Assembly: GCF_000341395.1 (NCBI RefSeq)
Contig: NC_020304.1
Span: forward strand, 2,580,001-2,612,000
DNA from: Desulfocapsa sulfexigens DSM 10523
GTDB taxonomy: Bacteria > Desulfobacterota > Desulfobulbia > Desulfobulbales > Desulfocapsaceae
Length of the DNA stretch: 32,000 nucleotides
Reading direction: 5' to 3'
The notes beneath the pieces were generated by a model that worked only from the letters and a program-made list of their open reading frames with translations, was not told where the DNA came from and searched no databases. Shown in pieces: positions 17,608 through 26,730 of the stretch (its first letter is position 1; every line of letters begins with the position of its first letter). A program made the position numbers and the translations under genes.

Positions 17608-18486
17608 ATGGTAGCGGTTCAGAAGTTTCTTAAAAGAGAGCTGCTTATAGTCCTCCTGTCCATGACTGTGCTGTTCTTTCAGGTAGCTCCCCTTGCTGCT
17701 CTTGAAGTTCCCCCCCTTGGACGTCGGGTAAATGACACTGCCCAGATGCTTTCTGCGCAGACCAGGGCAGATCTCGAGACCCTGCTTACAGGTTTTGAAG
17801 CCACTGACTCGACCCAAATAGTTGTGCTCACGATTCCTTCCCTTGAGGGTGAAGTCCTGGAGGAGTATTCCCTGCGGGTAGTAGAGGCATGGAAAATTGG
17901 TCAGAAAGGATTCGACAACGGGGCGTTGCTTCTTATTGCACGGGATGAACGGAAGCTGCGTATTGAGGTCGGTTACGGACTGGAAGGGAGCCTGACAGAT
18001 CTTGTCGCGGGCCGTATAATAGGTGGCGTTATTGTACCGCGGTTTAAAGAGGGTAATTATGATCAGGGGATACACGACGGGGTGACGGCAATGGTTGCCG
18101 CTGTGAAGGGGGAGTTTGTTGCCAGTGCAGCAAACACAAAAGCCGTGAACGACAGTGATCCTGCAGGACTGATATTTTTGTTGATATTTGGTTTTTCGTT
18201 TATTGGACGGGTGTTGCATAAGAACAAAAAGGTGGCTGCTGTTGTTGGAGGTATAGGGTCCCCCGTCCTTGGTCTGATGTTTCTGCCACAGCTGGGTTTT
18301 TGGCTACTGGCTCTAATCCCACTCGGAGCTCTTGCCGGTCTGTTTGTCAGTTCTCTTTCCGCTGGCAGTGGTGGCGGTTTTTATGCGGGAGGAGGTGGTT
18401 TCGGCCGCTCATCCGGCGGTTTTGGAGGAGGATTCAGTGGTGGTGGCGGTGGTTTTGGTGGCGGTGGTGCCTCTGGAGGATGGTAG
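17608..18486 (+). CDS. TPM-domain protein (YgcG family) with Gly-rich C-terminal tail
   Basis: RRVNDTAQMLSAQTRADLETLLTGFEATDSTQIVVLTIPSLEGE..., KVGYGLEGSLTD-like segment (RIEVGYGLEGSLTDL), terminal GGGFGGGGASGGW. Confidence 0.93.
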   Translation: MVAVQKFLKRELLIVLLSMTVLFFQVAPLAALEVPPLGRRVNDTAQMLSAQTRADLETLLTGFEATDSTQIVVLTIPSLEGEVLEEYSLRVVEAWKIGQKGFDNGALLLIARDERKLRIEVGYGLEGSLTDLVAGRIIGGVIVPRFKEGNYDQGIHDGVTAMVAAVKGEFVASAANTKAVNDSDPAGLIFLLIFGFSFIGRVLHKNKKVAAVVGGIGSPVLGLMFLPQLGFWLLALIPLGALAGLFVSSLSAGSGGGFYAGGGGFGRSSGGFGGGFSGGGGGFGGGGASGGW

Positions 18487-18488
18487 CG

Positions 18489-19145
18489 ATGAAAACTCAA
18501 TCCATGGCGCAGAAATTTTTCAGTGCTGATGAGCAAAAACAGATCTCCGATGCAGTGCATCTGGCAGAGTTGAAAACTTCGGGAGAACTTGTCCCCATGC
18601 TGGTGTGTGAGAGTCATTCCTATCCTCTCGCTGCAGTCAGGGGAGGAACCCTTGTTGCCTCAATTGGAGCCCTTCTAGGAAGTCCCATGGTTGCCAGACA
18701 GTTTTGGCTGGAACCGACTAATGTGTGGGTATTCCTAGCATTGTTTGTTCCGCTGTTCCTGCTGACGCATTTTCTCATCAAAATTTTTCCAGGCTTGAAG
18801 CGTTGGTTTCTTTCCAGTAGTGAAAAGGATGAAGAAGTTCAGAATTCTGCGTTTGCAGCTTTTTTTACTGAGAAACTCTATAAAACAAAGGATGCAAATG
18901 GCATTCTGATCTATATTTCACTTTTAGAGCGTCGTGCCTGGATAATTGCAGACAGTGGTATCAATAAACGTATTCCGCAGGAAAAATGGCAGGATGCTGT
19001 TGCGGTGATTACCGATGGAATACGAAGAAAGGAGCAGTGCCAGGCTCTCTGTAAGGCCATTGCAATGGTTGGTGACATTTTGGAAAAGGAGTTTCCAATA
19101 CAGGATGATGACAGGAACGAACTGCATAATCTGATTATTTGTTAA
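18489..19145 (+). CDS. Second TPM-domain membrane protein
   Basis: ATG 18489, 2 nt after the upstream stop; ISDAVHLAELKTSGELVPMLVCESHSYPLAA..., RRAWIIADSGINKRIPQEKWQDAV. Confidence 0.88.
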   Translation: MKTQSMAQKFFSADEQKQISDAVHLAELKTSGELVPMLVCESHSYPLAAVRGGTLVASIGALLGSPMVARQFWLEPTNVWVFLALFVPLFLLTHFLIKIFPGLKRWFLSSSEKDEEVQNSAFAAFFTEKLYKTKDANGILIYISLLERRAWIIADSGINKRIPQEKWQDAVAVITDGIRRKEQCQALCKAIAMVGDILEKEFPIQDDDRNELHNLIIC

Positions 19146-19148
19146 TTG

Positions 19149-20126
19149 TTACAGAGTGAAAACAAAGTAGATACAACCCATTAGCATTAAACTTCCAACA
19201 CGAAATATCTGACTGTAGACTATCAGTTCTGCAGCCATTCGCGGTTGAAAAATTCCGGCGTAATAGGGAAACTGATGCCGGATTGCCCGTACCGGAGAAG
19301 ACAGTACATTTCCGACCAGTAGGGCGAGAACCACTTCCCGGTAATCCATACTTCCCTCCTGGAGGAGAGCTCCAGCTACAGCGAGTCCTGCGGTAAATTC
19401 GGCAGCAATATGGAGGGTTATTATGCCCATGGACTGTGGGGTCAGCCAGGGAAGGAAGGAGAGATAATCAGCCATACCTGCTTCAAGAGCATCGAATATT
19501 CCGACACGGTGCATAATAAAAATAAGTATATAGATGGGTACGGTATAGTGAATGATTTTCCGTATTCGTTTTTTGAATCGTTTCCAGCTTTTTTCTAAGG
19601 CTCCTTTCCAGTTAATCATTGTGTTTTTCTGGGTCTCGGTTTCCGCTTGCTGCGTTTTCGGGTGCTCGACGGCGGGAAGGAGAAATCGGCTCAGTATGAC
19701 AATCGAAACAGTTCTGAAAATTGCAGCTCCAAAGGTGAGCCCCACATATATGATTGCAGCACCCTTAATAAGTGGAGCTGTTATGAAAAATACTGTGGGC
19801 AGATGGAGAAAATAGGTTGGCAGGCTGTTAAAGAGGTTGGAAAGGATGAGTTCCTTCTTCACAATAGTTTTTTTCTCATACGCTTCAGAGAGCATGGTGT
19901 TTGCCGACACTCCTGAAAATAAAGCCATAGAGAATGAAGCACCAGCTGTCTCTGAAAGATTACCTAATCTGATAAGAGGACGCGACAGAGCAGCTATTTT
20001 ACTGGTCCAGTTAAGAGACTCGATGAAATTTGCAACGAGCAGGCCAACGGAGATAAAAAAGATCAGGCGAATAAGAGGCCAGATAAGGCTTGGCCAAAGT
20101 TGTGGAAGGATATCTGCAAATTGCAT
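19149..20126 (-). CDS. Nucleoside recognition (Gate) domain-like integral membrane protein
   Basis: Multi-spanning protein with GASFSMALFSGVSANTMLSEAYEKKTIVKKELILSNLFNSLPTYFLHLPTVFF and GNVLSSPVRAIRHQFPYYAGIF. Confidence 0.7.
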   Translation of the reverse strand: MQFADILPQLWPSLIWPLIRLIFFISVGLLVANFIESLNWTSKIAALSRPLIRLGNLSETAGASFSMALFSGVSANTMLSEAYEKKTIVKKELILSNLFNSLPTYFLHLPTVFFITAPLIKGAAIIYVGLTFGAAIFRTVSIVILSRFLLPAVEHPKTQQAETETQKNTMINWKGALEKSWKRFKKRIRKIIHYTVPIYILIFIMHRVGIFDALEAGMADYLSFLPWLTPQSMGIITLHIAAEFTAGLAVAGALLQEGSMDYREVVLALLVGNVLSSPVRAIRHQFPYYAGIFQPRMAAELIVYSQIFRVGSLMLMGCIYFVFTL

Positions 20127-20187
20127 GGAGATCGTAAGATGACGGCTTGGGTTGATGACAGGAACGAAGGTTGAATGTAAAAATCCA

Positions 20188-20256
20188 TGTATGAGATGTC
20201 TCCTGCCAAATGGCCACGCCAGGCTGTGGATTATTTGGCGGGAGACATCTCATACA
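20188..20256. repeat. Long near-perfect inverted repeat, 24-nt arms with one mismatch
   Basis: TGTATGAGATGTCTCCTGCCAAAT (20188-20211) versus ATTTGGCGGGAGACATCTCATACA (20233-20256). The 21-nt loop contains a CCAC/GTGG mini-stem. Confidence 0.92.
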
Positions 20257-20285
20257 CTACTTTACCATGACTTTTTACAGATAAA

Positions 20286-21197
20286 TCACTCGGCGGCTGC
20301 AGGCAATCCCTCTCGGCTTCCCATCAGGAGACTGCCAATTTTTTCTTTTTCGTAGGCATCTTGAGTCTTCAGGTATTGATCATGTTCTTGAGAGCGGATA
20401 TTGGAATCCCTGTTGTAAAACCTGGATCGTTTTTCGATAAGCGTTTTCCAATCTTCGAAATGTTTGTAGAAAAGTTTCTCAACGGTTCCGTCTTTCACCA
20501 GGCGGTAGAGTTTTTTGTTAATGGCGGGCATCTGCACTGCCATGGGGGACTGCTTTGAAATAGTGATATGAAAAGCCTGGGTGGTGACTGGAGGTTCAAG
20601 AATAGAGATGGCATCTTCACCTTGAAGGAGCCTTGCATAGATAAGGGCGGTGTAGAGATCCACAATCAGATAGTCGGCTTCTCCACGGTTAAGGAGCTCT
20701 ATTGCACGTTCAAAGGCAATAAATTGTACACTCAGCTTATTTTTGATAAAGGTATCAAATTCCTGACCATAGCTTTCTCCAATATTAGAAACACCTTTTT
20801 TGCCAATGAGTGATTCCCAGCGGCCAAAAGGAAATTCCTTACCCTTTTCCACGACAATGACGGTGTGTTGTTGAAGATAGGGCATGGAAAAAAACATGTA
20901 TTCTGCACGCGCATCATTCTTGTAGGCGGAGACTATCATGTCGATCTCTCCATTTTTACATTTGTCCTGAACCTGCTGCCAGTCGCCCTCTACCCTAAGG
21001 TCGTAGTTGAGTTGCAGTTCTGTCAGGATTGCTTGAGCAATGTCTGGTCCAATTCCGGTGAGCGTATTATATTGCTCCCATACGACAGGTGGGGCCTTGG
21101 GGTTACCAGAAATAATGAAGGTTTCTGTCGCAGAGCTGTCTGATGCTGCAAGGCAGAAGAGAGTCATACAGAAGAGAAGCGAAAGAAAGTTTTTCAT
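20286..21197 (-). CDS. Periplasmic solute-binding protein, family 3-like (SBP_bac_3), orphan
   Basis: Signal peptide then ETFIISGNPKAPPVVWEQYNTLTGIGPDIAQAILTELQLNYDLRVEGDWQQVQDKCKNGEIDMIVSAYKNDARAEYMFFSMPYL, the typical family-3 architecture. Confidence 0.85.
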   Translation of the reverse strand: MKNFLSLLFCMTLFCLAASDSSATETFIISGNPKAPPVVWEQYNTLTGIGPDIAQAILTELQLNYDLRVEGDWQQVQDKCKNGEIDMIVSAYKNDARAEYMFFSMPYLQQHTVIVVEKGKEFPFGRWESLIGKKGVSNIGESYGQEFDTFIKNKLSVQFIAFERAIELLNRGEADYLIVDLYTALIYARLLQGEDAISILEPPVTTQAFHITISKQSPMAVQMPAINKKLYRLVKDGTVEKLFYKHFEDWKTLIEKRSRFYNRDSNIRSQEHDQYLKTQDAYEKEKIGSLLMGSREGLPAAAE

Positions 21198-21304
21198 AAT
21201 ATTTTGGTTCCTTATGAGAAAAAGTTCAACAGATAAATAGTTGTTCTTAAGGTGATTAGAGGTTGAATGGTAATCGGTTTTGCAAAAACTGCAAATGCTT
21301 CCAG

Positions 21305-23164
21305 TTAAAGTGAAAGATCATGGATCAGGCAATGGGCATAGAGCCCCTTTGGGTCGTTGAGTAACATGATTTCGCTAACTGGGTCTATCAGGTCGTTAAA
21401 CGCTGCCAGAATGACAGGAGGGATCATTGCAGCAAGGCTTCTTGTGAAGGATCCGGAGAATATCTGGAAGAATTCTTCCTTAACCGACAGGGGGCGGTGG
21501 ATATAGGATGCGGTATATTCTTCGAGCCCGGCAAGGCCAGCAGCAGAGTCAATGGCATTGTCGAGTGTACCAAGGTTATCGACAAGGCCAAGTTTAACTG
21601 CTTTCTGCCCGTCAAAGACTCTCCCTTCTGCGATGGTATGTATGGTCTCCGGAGCGATGGTCCGCCCCTTGGAAACAATATTTAAGAATGTTTCATAGCC
21701 ATGACGAAGATTGATTTCTATGGCTTCCTTCAGAAGGGGGGAGAGAGGTCGGGTAATATCAAGTGCTGCTGCCAGGCTTGTTGTTCCCACGCCGTCGCTG
21801 TAAATCCCAAGGTCTGAGAGTGAGTTCTCAAAGGTGGGAATGGCTGCAAAAATCCCAATGGAGCCGGTGAGTGTAACGGGTGATGCCCATATCTCATCGG
21901 CATCGGCTGCGATCCAGTAGCCACCGGAGGCAGCCATGGCACCCATGGAGATCACAAGTGGTTTTCCTGTTTTTTTGTATTCAAGGATTTCCTGGCGGAT
22001 GAGTTCCGATGCAAAGACAGAACCGCCACCGGAAACAATACGAATCACCAACCCCTTTATTCTACTGTTTTCACGGGCCTGTCGTAGAAGTTCGATCATT
22101 GTGTCACCGCCAATCATTCCAACCGGTTGCTTGCCGCTCAAAATGGCTCCTTCTGCGATGATAATACCGATGGTACCAGCAGCATCAGGAGCGTCGGTAT
22201 AAGAGCGGGAGACAGTGGCGAGATAATTGTTGAATGGAATGTGTCTAAAGTCACCCTTTTCATTTTTACCACTGAGTGTTGTGAGAAACAGACGAAGTTC
22301 TTCACGGGTTTTTAAACCGTCAACCAGCCCTGATTCCAGGGCAAGTCGGGCAGAATCTCCACCGGCCGTCGCCAGTTCCGATGCTATGTTCTCAGTATAT
22401 TTTTGAATACTGTCCTGACTGAGATTCCGTTCCCTGATGATATCCGTGGTGATGGTATTCCAAAGTGCCGTGAGCCAGGTCATATTCTGAGATCGTGCTT
22501 CAGTTGACATGGAATTGCGCATGACGGGCTCAAGGGCAGATTTGAAGGTTCCAACACGAAAAATATTGTAGTTAATTTTAAGATTGTCGATGGCATCTTT
22601 AAAGAAAAGACGAAAGGTGCCGAGACCATGCAAGTCAACGCCACCCATGGGGTTGAGGTATATCTCATCGGCAAAGCTTGCAAGGTAATACGCTTTTTGC
22701 TGGTAGAAATCTTCGGCAGCGATGACTTTTTTTCCACTGGCTTTAAAAGCGTTTAATGCGTCACCTATGGTCTGGAGTTGATTAAGTCCTACTGAACCAA
22801 GTTCACCGAGATCAAGGAGGATACAGGTAACCCGGTCATCATTGGCGGCGGCTGCAATCACATCAAGGATATCTTGAAAAAGGGTTTCCGATGGAATGGT
22901 GTCAAATCCAATTTTCTCATTTATCAGTGTGGCAATGGGGTCACTTACCTGTTTTTCCTCAACAATGTCACCGGATAGACTGAGCACAAGGGCTCCGCTT
23001 TCTGAAATTTTCACCTCTTTTTCTGTCGTACTGGAGGTGAGTGAGACGAACAGGAATACCAGTAGAGCAAGAAAGGCAATGTTCAGAGTGAAGATACGGA
23101 TACCTGTGATGAATTTGCCAATCCAGCGGAAAATATTTAAAATAGAACTTATTAGATCTTTCAT
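21305..23164 (-). CDS. sppA: Signal peptide peptidase SppA, 67K type
   Basis: N-terminal TM, ENIASELATAGGDSARLALESGLVDGL, IRIVSGGGSVFASELIRQEI, catalytic-Ser region KPLVISMGAMAASGGYWIAADADEIWASPVTLTGSIG. Start chosen at ATG 23164. Confidence 0.95.
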   Translation of the reverse strand: MKDLISSILNIFRWIGKFITGIRIFTLNIAFLALLVFLFVSLTSSTTEKEVKISESGALVLSLSGDIVEEKQVSDPIATLINEKIGFDTIPSETLFQDILDVIAAAANDDRVTCILLDLGELGSVGLNQLQTIGDALNAFKASGKKVIAAEDFYQQKAYYLASFADEIYLNPMGGVDLHGLGTFRLFFKDAIDNLKINYNIFRVGTFKSALEPVMRNSMSTEARSQNMTWLTALWNTITTDIIRERNLSQDSIQKYTENIASELATAGGDSARLALESGLVDGLKTREELRLFLTTLSGKNEKGDFRHIPFNNYLATVSRSYTDAPDAAGTIGIIIAEGAILSGKQPVGMIGGDTMIELLRQARENSRIKGLVIRIVSGGGSVFASELIRQEILEYKKTGKPLVISMGAMAASGGYWIAADADEIWASPVTLTGSIGIFAAIPTFENSLSDLGIYSDGVGTTSLAAALDITRPLSPLLKEAIEINLRHGYETFLNIVSKGRTIAPETIHTIAEGRVFDGQKAVKLGLVDNLGTLDNAIDSAAGLAGLEEYTASYIHRPLSVKEEFFQIFSGSFTRSLAAMIPPVILAAFNDLIDPVSEIMLLNDPKGLYAHCLIHDLSL

Positions 23165-23273
23165 GAGAGTATATGTTGTCCAGTGAAGAGCTTTTGAAAA
23201 GGTGAATGTATGTCCCCGAATTTGAGACAATAGTAATCATTCTACCGGAAGTAAACAGACTTTTCCGTATGGG

Positions 23274-24353
23274 TCAAAAAAAAGGGAGATCCAGCTGCAC
23301 AGGTATCTTTAGGGATGTGTTGGTGAGATTTGAAAGACTGATGCCAAGAAGGCGAATTTTTACTTTTCCAGCATCCGTTGTCTCAAGAAGTTGTCGAGTG
23401 CACTTCATTATTTCATCGACACTGTTGATTGGAATCGAATGGGTACAGGATCGTGTTACGGTGGTGAAATTGTGATAGCGAACCTTCAGGGTAACGGTAG
23501 TTGCGCCACAGCTTTTATTCTGGAGGCCCTGTTCTACTTTGAGTGCAAGGTCTCTGAGGATTTTCTCTATCTCATCTATATCATCAATATCTGAATGAAA
23601 GGTGGTTTCGGTTCCAATTGATTTACGTCCCTTTTGTGATTCCACCGGGCGATTGTCCACACCTCGGGCAATATCATGGAAAAACGCTCCAGCTTTTCCA
23701 AAGAAACGTATGAGCTGAGCTTTGTCGAAGCGGAGAATGTCCCGGCCATAATGAATTCCCAGTGAATGCATTTTTTTCTCAGTCACCCTGCCAACACCGA
23801 AGAATTTCCCGATAGGCAGCGTATCAAGGAGTGACCTTGCCTCATCGATTGGTATAACCGTCAGGCCATCAGGTTTCTTCATGTCGGATGCAACTTTGGC
23901 TAGAAATTTGTTGTAGGAAACCCCTGCGGAACAGGTCAGACCCACTTCGTGAAAAACCCGGCTCCGTATCTCTTCAGCAGTTTCAGCGGCAGCTTCCATG
24001 GTTTCGTGGTTTGAAGAAATATCGAGAAAGGCTTCATCAAGGGAGAGTGGCTCAATGAACGGTGAGTATCTCTTGAATATTTCCATAATCTGTATGGAGA
24101 CCTCTTTGTAACGCTCCTTTCGTGGGCGGACAAAGAGGGCATGGGGGCAGAGTTTAACCGCCCTGGCAGCTGAGAGTGCAGACCGTATCCCAAACTTTCT
24201 CGCCTCATAGGAGCATGCTGCCACCACACCACGTCCCTCGGGATTTCCACCTACAATGAGGGGGCGGCCGCCATACTTGGGATTGTCCATCTGTTCCACC
24301 GAGGCAAAGAACGCATCCATGTCAATATGGAGTATGTAACGGTTCTCAGTCAT
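23274..24353 (-). CDS. dinB: DNA polymerase IV (Y-family)
   Basis: ILHIDMDAFFASVEQMDNPKYGGRPLIVGG, PLSLDEAFLDIS, KPDGLTVIPIDEARSLLDTLPIGKFFGVGRVTEKK. Confidence 0.97.
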   Translation of the reverse strand: MTENRYILHIDMDAFFASVEQMDNPKYGGRPLIVGGNPEGRGVVAACSYEARKFGIRSALSAARAVKLCPHALFVRPRKERYKEVSIQIMEIFKRYSPFIEPLSLDEAFLDISSNHETMEAAAETAEEIRSRVFHEVGLTCSAGVSYNKFLAKVASDMKKPDGLTVIPIDEARSLLDTLPIGKFFGVGRVTEKKMHSLGIHYGRDILRFDKAQLIRFFGKAGAFFHDIARGVDNRPVESQKGRKSIGTETTFHSDIDDIDEIEKILRDLALKVEQGLQNKSCGATTVTLKVRYHNFTTVTRSCTHSIPINSVDEIMKCTRQLLETTDAGKVKIRLLGISLSNLTNTSLKIPVQLDLPFF

Positions 24354-24557
24354 AAAAGAATAAAAAAAGTGGAAAGAAAAGATAATGATATTGGGTGTTA
24401 TAATATGCTACAGTGTAACTGATGTGAAGGATATCTTGAAAAATTGCCTTTTCCCCCCAACTCTTCGGTGCGTGAAAAATTGTATCGAAACGAGAATACT
24501 GATTTTGCAAGACCCCTGAAGTTTTTTAAGAGGATGTTTTTTTATGGAGAGTAGTGA

Positions 24558-25217
24558 ATGCGTGAGATATTAGCAAGTAGTGAATTGTTTGGTGGGCTTT
24601 CTTCAGAACATCTGGATGAGATAGAGAAAATTGCTGTGATCAAACAGTATGGTCGCGGAGAGTCAATTTTTTTTGAGGGTGATCCAGGAACCGGTTTCTA
24701 CATGGTGGCAACCGGCCGGGTGAAAATTTTCAAGACATCCATTTCAGGTAAAGAACAGATATTACACATATTTGGTCCAGGAGAGCCCTTTGGTGAGGTT
24801 CCGGTTTTTCATGGCCAGCCTTTTCCCGCAAATGCAACAGCTCTTGAAAAGACAAGCCTGATCTTTTTCTCACGTCAAGCCTTTGTGGACATTGTGCATA
24901 CCATGCCCTCTCTTGTCATGAATATGCTAGCGGTCCTTTCCATGCGTCTGCGCCGTTTTACGACTCAGATTGAAAACCTTTCTTTAAAGGAGGTTCCTGC
25001 CCGGCTGGCGGGATACCTTCTCTATGTAGCTGAAGAACAGGGAAATGTTAAACAGGTAGAGTTGCAGATATCAAAGGGGCAGCTGGCAAGTTTGCTTGGA
25101 ACAATCCCTGAGACACTGTCCAGGATATTTGCAAAAATGAGTGAAGAGGGGTTGATCAGCGTGGATGGAAAAATGATCAGTCTCCTTGACCTAGAAGGTT
25201 TGGAGCAGAAGGAGTAG
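24558..25217 (+). CDS. Crp/Fnr family transcriptional regulator
   Basis: Cyclic-nucleotide-binding fold (GRGESIFFEGDPGTGFYMVATGRVKIFKTS...EQILHIFGPGEPFGEV) and C-terminal HTH (ISKGQLASLLGTIPETLSRIFAKMSEEGLI). Confidence 0.93.
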   Translation: MREILASSELFGGLSSEHLDEIEKIAVIKQYGRGESIFFEGDPGTGFYMVATGRVKIFKTSISGKEQILHIFGPGEPFGEVPVFHGQPFPANATALEKTSLIFFSRQAFVDIVHTMPSLVMNMLAVLSMRLRRFTTQIENLSLKEVPARLAGYLLYVAEEQGNVKQVELQISKGQLASLLGTIPETLSRIFAKMSEEGLISVDGKMISLLDLEGLEQKE

Positions 25218-26094
25218 TCCTGTCAACCTTTGCAAGCAATTGATGCTGTCGTTTTGGGGAAGTCTCAGAAGGAACAGGAGTCTCCTGGAGTTTGAAACTC
25301 CTCTTCATCGTAGCAACTGTAAGACGTGGCACGGGAGGAGGAAGAGTGCCACCAAAGAGCAGTGGTCGGAATGTGATAAATTGATAGCGTTTATCCTGAA
25401 CTACGACCACCGGGGGCGCATGGTGTCCCTCAAAGTAGTCGTACCCCTCCTTGATGTTCTCCCAGAAAGCAATCCATTTTGAATTCCTATGTGCAGCCAT
25501 TTTTTTCGGGGTCATCTTGAATGGGAAGATATGTACCGGTACCTGACTCTGTCCGGCAATAATGGCTGATTCCACAATGGCATAGATTTCATCCATGCGA
25601 AAATTGGTCATGGCAAAACAGCCAGCAGAAGAACAGCGGCCATGAATCATCAATAAACTGCCAGTGCGGTTATGACTTCTGTCATATTCGTTCGGGAAGC
25701 CGAGATTGAAGGAAAGGTGGTAACTGGAATTTGGATTCAACTGGTCTGCACCTACGGTATAGAATCCTTCCGGACTCTGTTTGTCTCCCTCTCGTATCTT
25801 TGGTCCAATATCCCCTGAATGGTGGCAAATGGAGTAGGATTTGAACAGAGTGTAAGTGAGTCCCTGTCGGATCCATACCTCCAGAGTTTTTTCCTGCTTG
25901 AAAATTCTGATAAAAACCGGATCACCCAGAGAGAGCCCTTTCTTTTGCATTGTCCGGATGAGTGTAGGGGCTACTCGTCGGTATGCGTTTTGTGATTTGT
26001 CACTGGAGGGGATCATACTTTCTGTAGCAAACCCTTGGGCAGCCAGAACGATGAGTGAAATGAGGAGAGTGAGTACCAATAAAGGGAATCGCAT
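25177..26094 (-). CDS. YafK-type L,D-transpeptidase family protein
   Basis: Catalytic motif GSLLMIHGRCSSAGCFAMTNFRMDEIYAI; FIRIFKQEKTLEVWIRQGLTYTLFKSYSICHHSGDIGPKIREGDKQSPEGFY. Start chosen at ATG 26094. Confidence 0.9.
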   Translation of the reverse strand: MRFPLLVLTLLISLIVLAAQGFATESMIPSSDKSQNAYRRVAPTLIRTMQKKGLSLGDPVFIRIFKQEKTLEVWIRQGLTYTLFKSYSICHHSGDIGPKIREGDKQSPEGFYTVGADQLNPNSSYHLSFNLGFPNEYDRSHNRTGSLLMIHGRCSSAGCFAMTNFRMDEIYAIVESAIIAGQSQVPVHIFPFKMTPKKMAAHRNSKWIAFWENIKEGYDYFEGHHAPPVVVVQDKRYQFITFRPLLFGGTLPPPVPRLTVATMKRSFKLQETPVPSETSPKRQHQLLAKVDRTTPSAPNLLGQGD

Positions 26095-26194
26095 TGTGAA
26101 AATAATCAAATTGATTTTTAAAACCAAGCACACGGCCGCTCAGTGGTGACATATTCTTAATCCTGATTACCATCGAAACTCAGCTTTGCAACCC

Positions 26195-26301
26195 GGAGTT
26201 GTTTCGTGTTGATTATATGGGACGCCATAAACCCATCCCTGGGGGCTCTGCTGCGGCCGTCCAGGCCGCAGATGCCCATATAATCAACACGAAACAACTC
26301 C
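26195..26301. repeat. Long inverted repeat with perfect 27-nt arms and a nested hairpin
   Basis: GGAGTTGTTTCGTGTTGATTATATGGG (26195-26221) is exactly complementary to CCCATATAATCAACACGAAACAACTCC (26275-26301). The interior contains CTGCGGCC (26251-26258) GTCCA GGCCGCAG (26264-26271). Confidence 0.95.
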
Positions 26302-26416
26302 TCCTCAGACGGGTAGGCTGAGGATTAGTGGTAATTAGGTTTTTAATTGACCTGTATGCATTTTTTAAGCAGGAAAAGCAGTAAAAGTCCAGAAAAAACA
26401 TGGTTTTTTTGTAAGA

Positions 26417-26647
26417 TTAATTTCTCTTTGTTCCTTTGTAGGTGAATGCTTTAGTGATCATTGTGTAAAAGCTCCCCTTATCTATTCCGATATTTTTTCC
26501 GCATGGGCATTGGATCTTATGGCCATTTTGTCTGGAGTTGTACATCTTGGTAATACGATCCTTGTGGCAGCGCAGGACTTCTCCTGGACCAATCTTGTCA
26601 TATCGCCAGAGTTTTTTTCTGCATGCAGCACAGCGGATTATGAGCAT
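26417..26647 (-). CDS. Small Cys-rich protein, putative zinc-binding
   Basis: 76 aa: MLIIRCAACRKKLWRYDKIGPGEVLRCHKDRITKMYNSRQNGHKIQCPCGKNIGIDKGSFYTMITKAFTYKGTKRN, with CxxC and CPC clusters. Confidence 0.7.
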   Translation of the reverse strand: MLIIRCAACRKKLWRYDKIGPGEVLRCHKDRITKMYNSRQNGHKIQCPCGKNIGIDKGSFYTMITKAFTYKGTKRN

Positions 26648-26730
26648 ATCAATGGGGAGGGGAGGACAGAGTGGATAGCAGGTTTGCGGTACGATACACA
26701 GAGGTGGTGCAATAAATCATATATTTGTTA

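Noticed and set aside
18381-18486. Gly-codon-rich repetitive stretch (ggtggcggtggt...)
   Set aside because: It is explained as the Gly-rich tail of the TPM/YgcG protein and is not a separate repeat element.
26213-26401. 62-aa minus-strand ORF across the long palindrome
   Set aside because: It reads through the inverted repeat, has no domain, and is better explained as part of a structured non-coding element.
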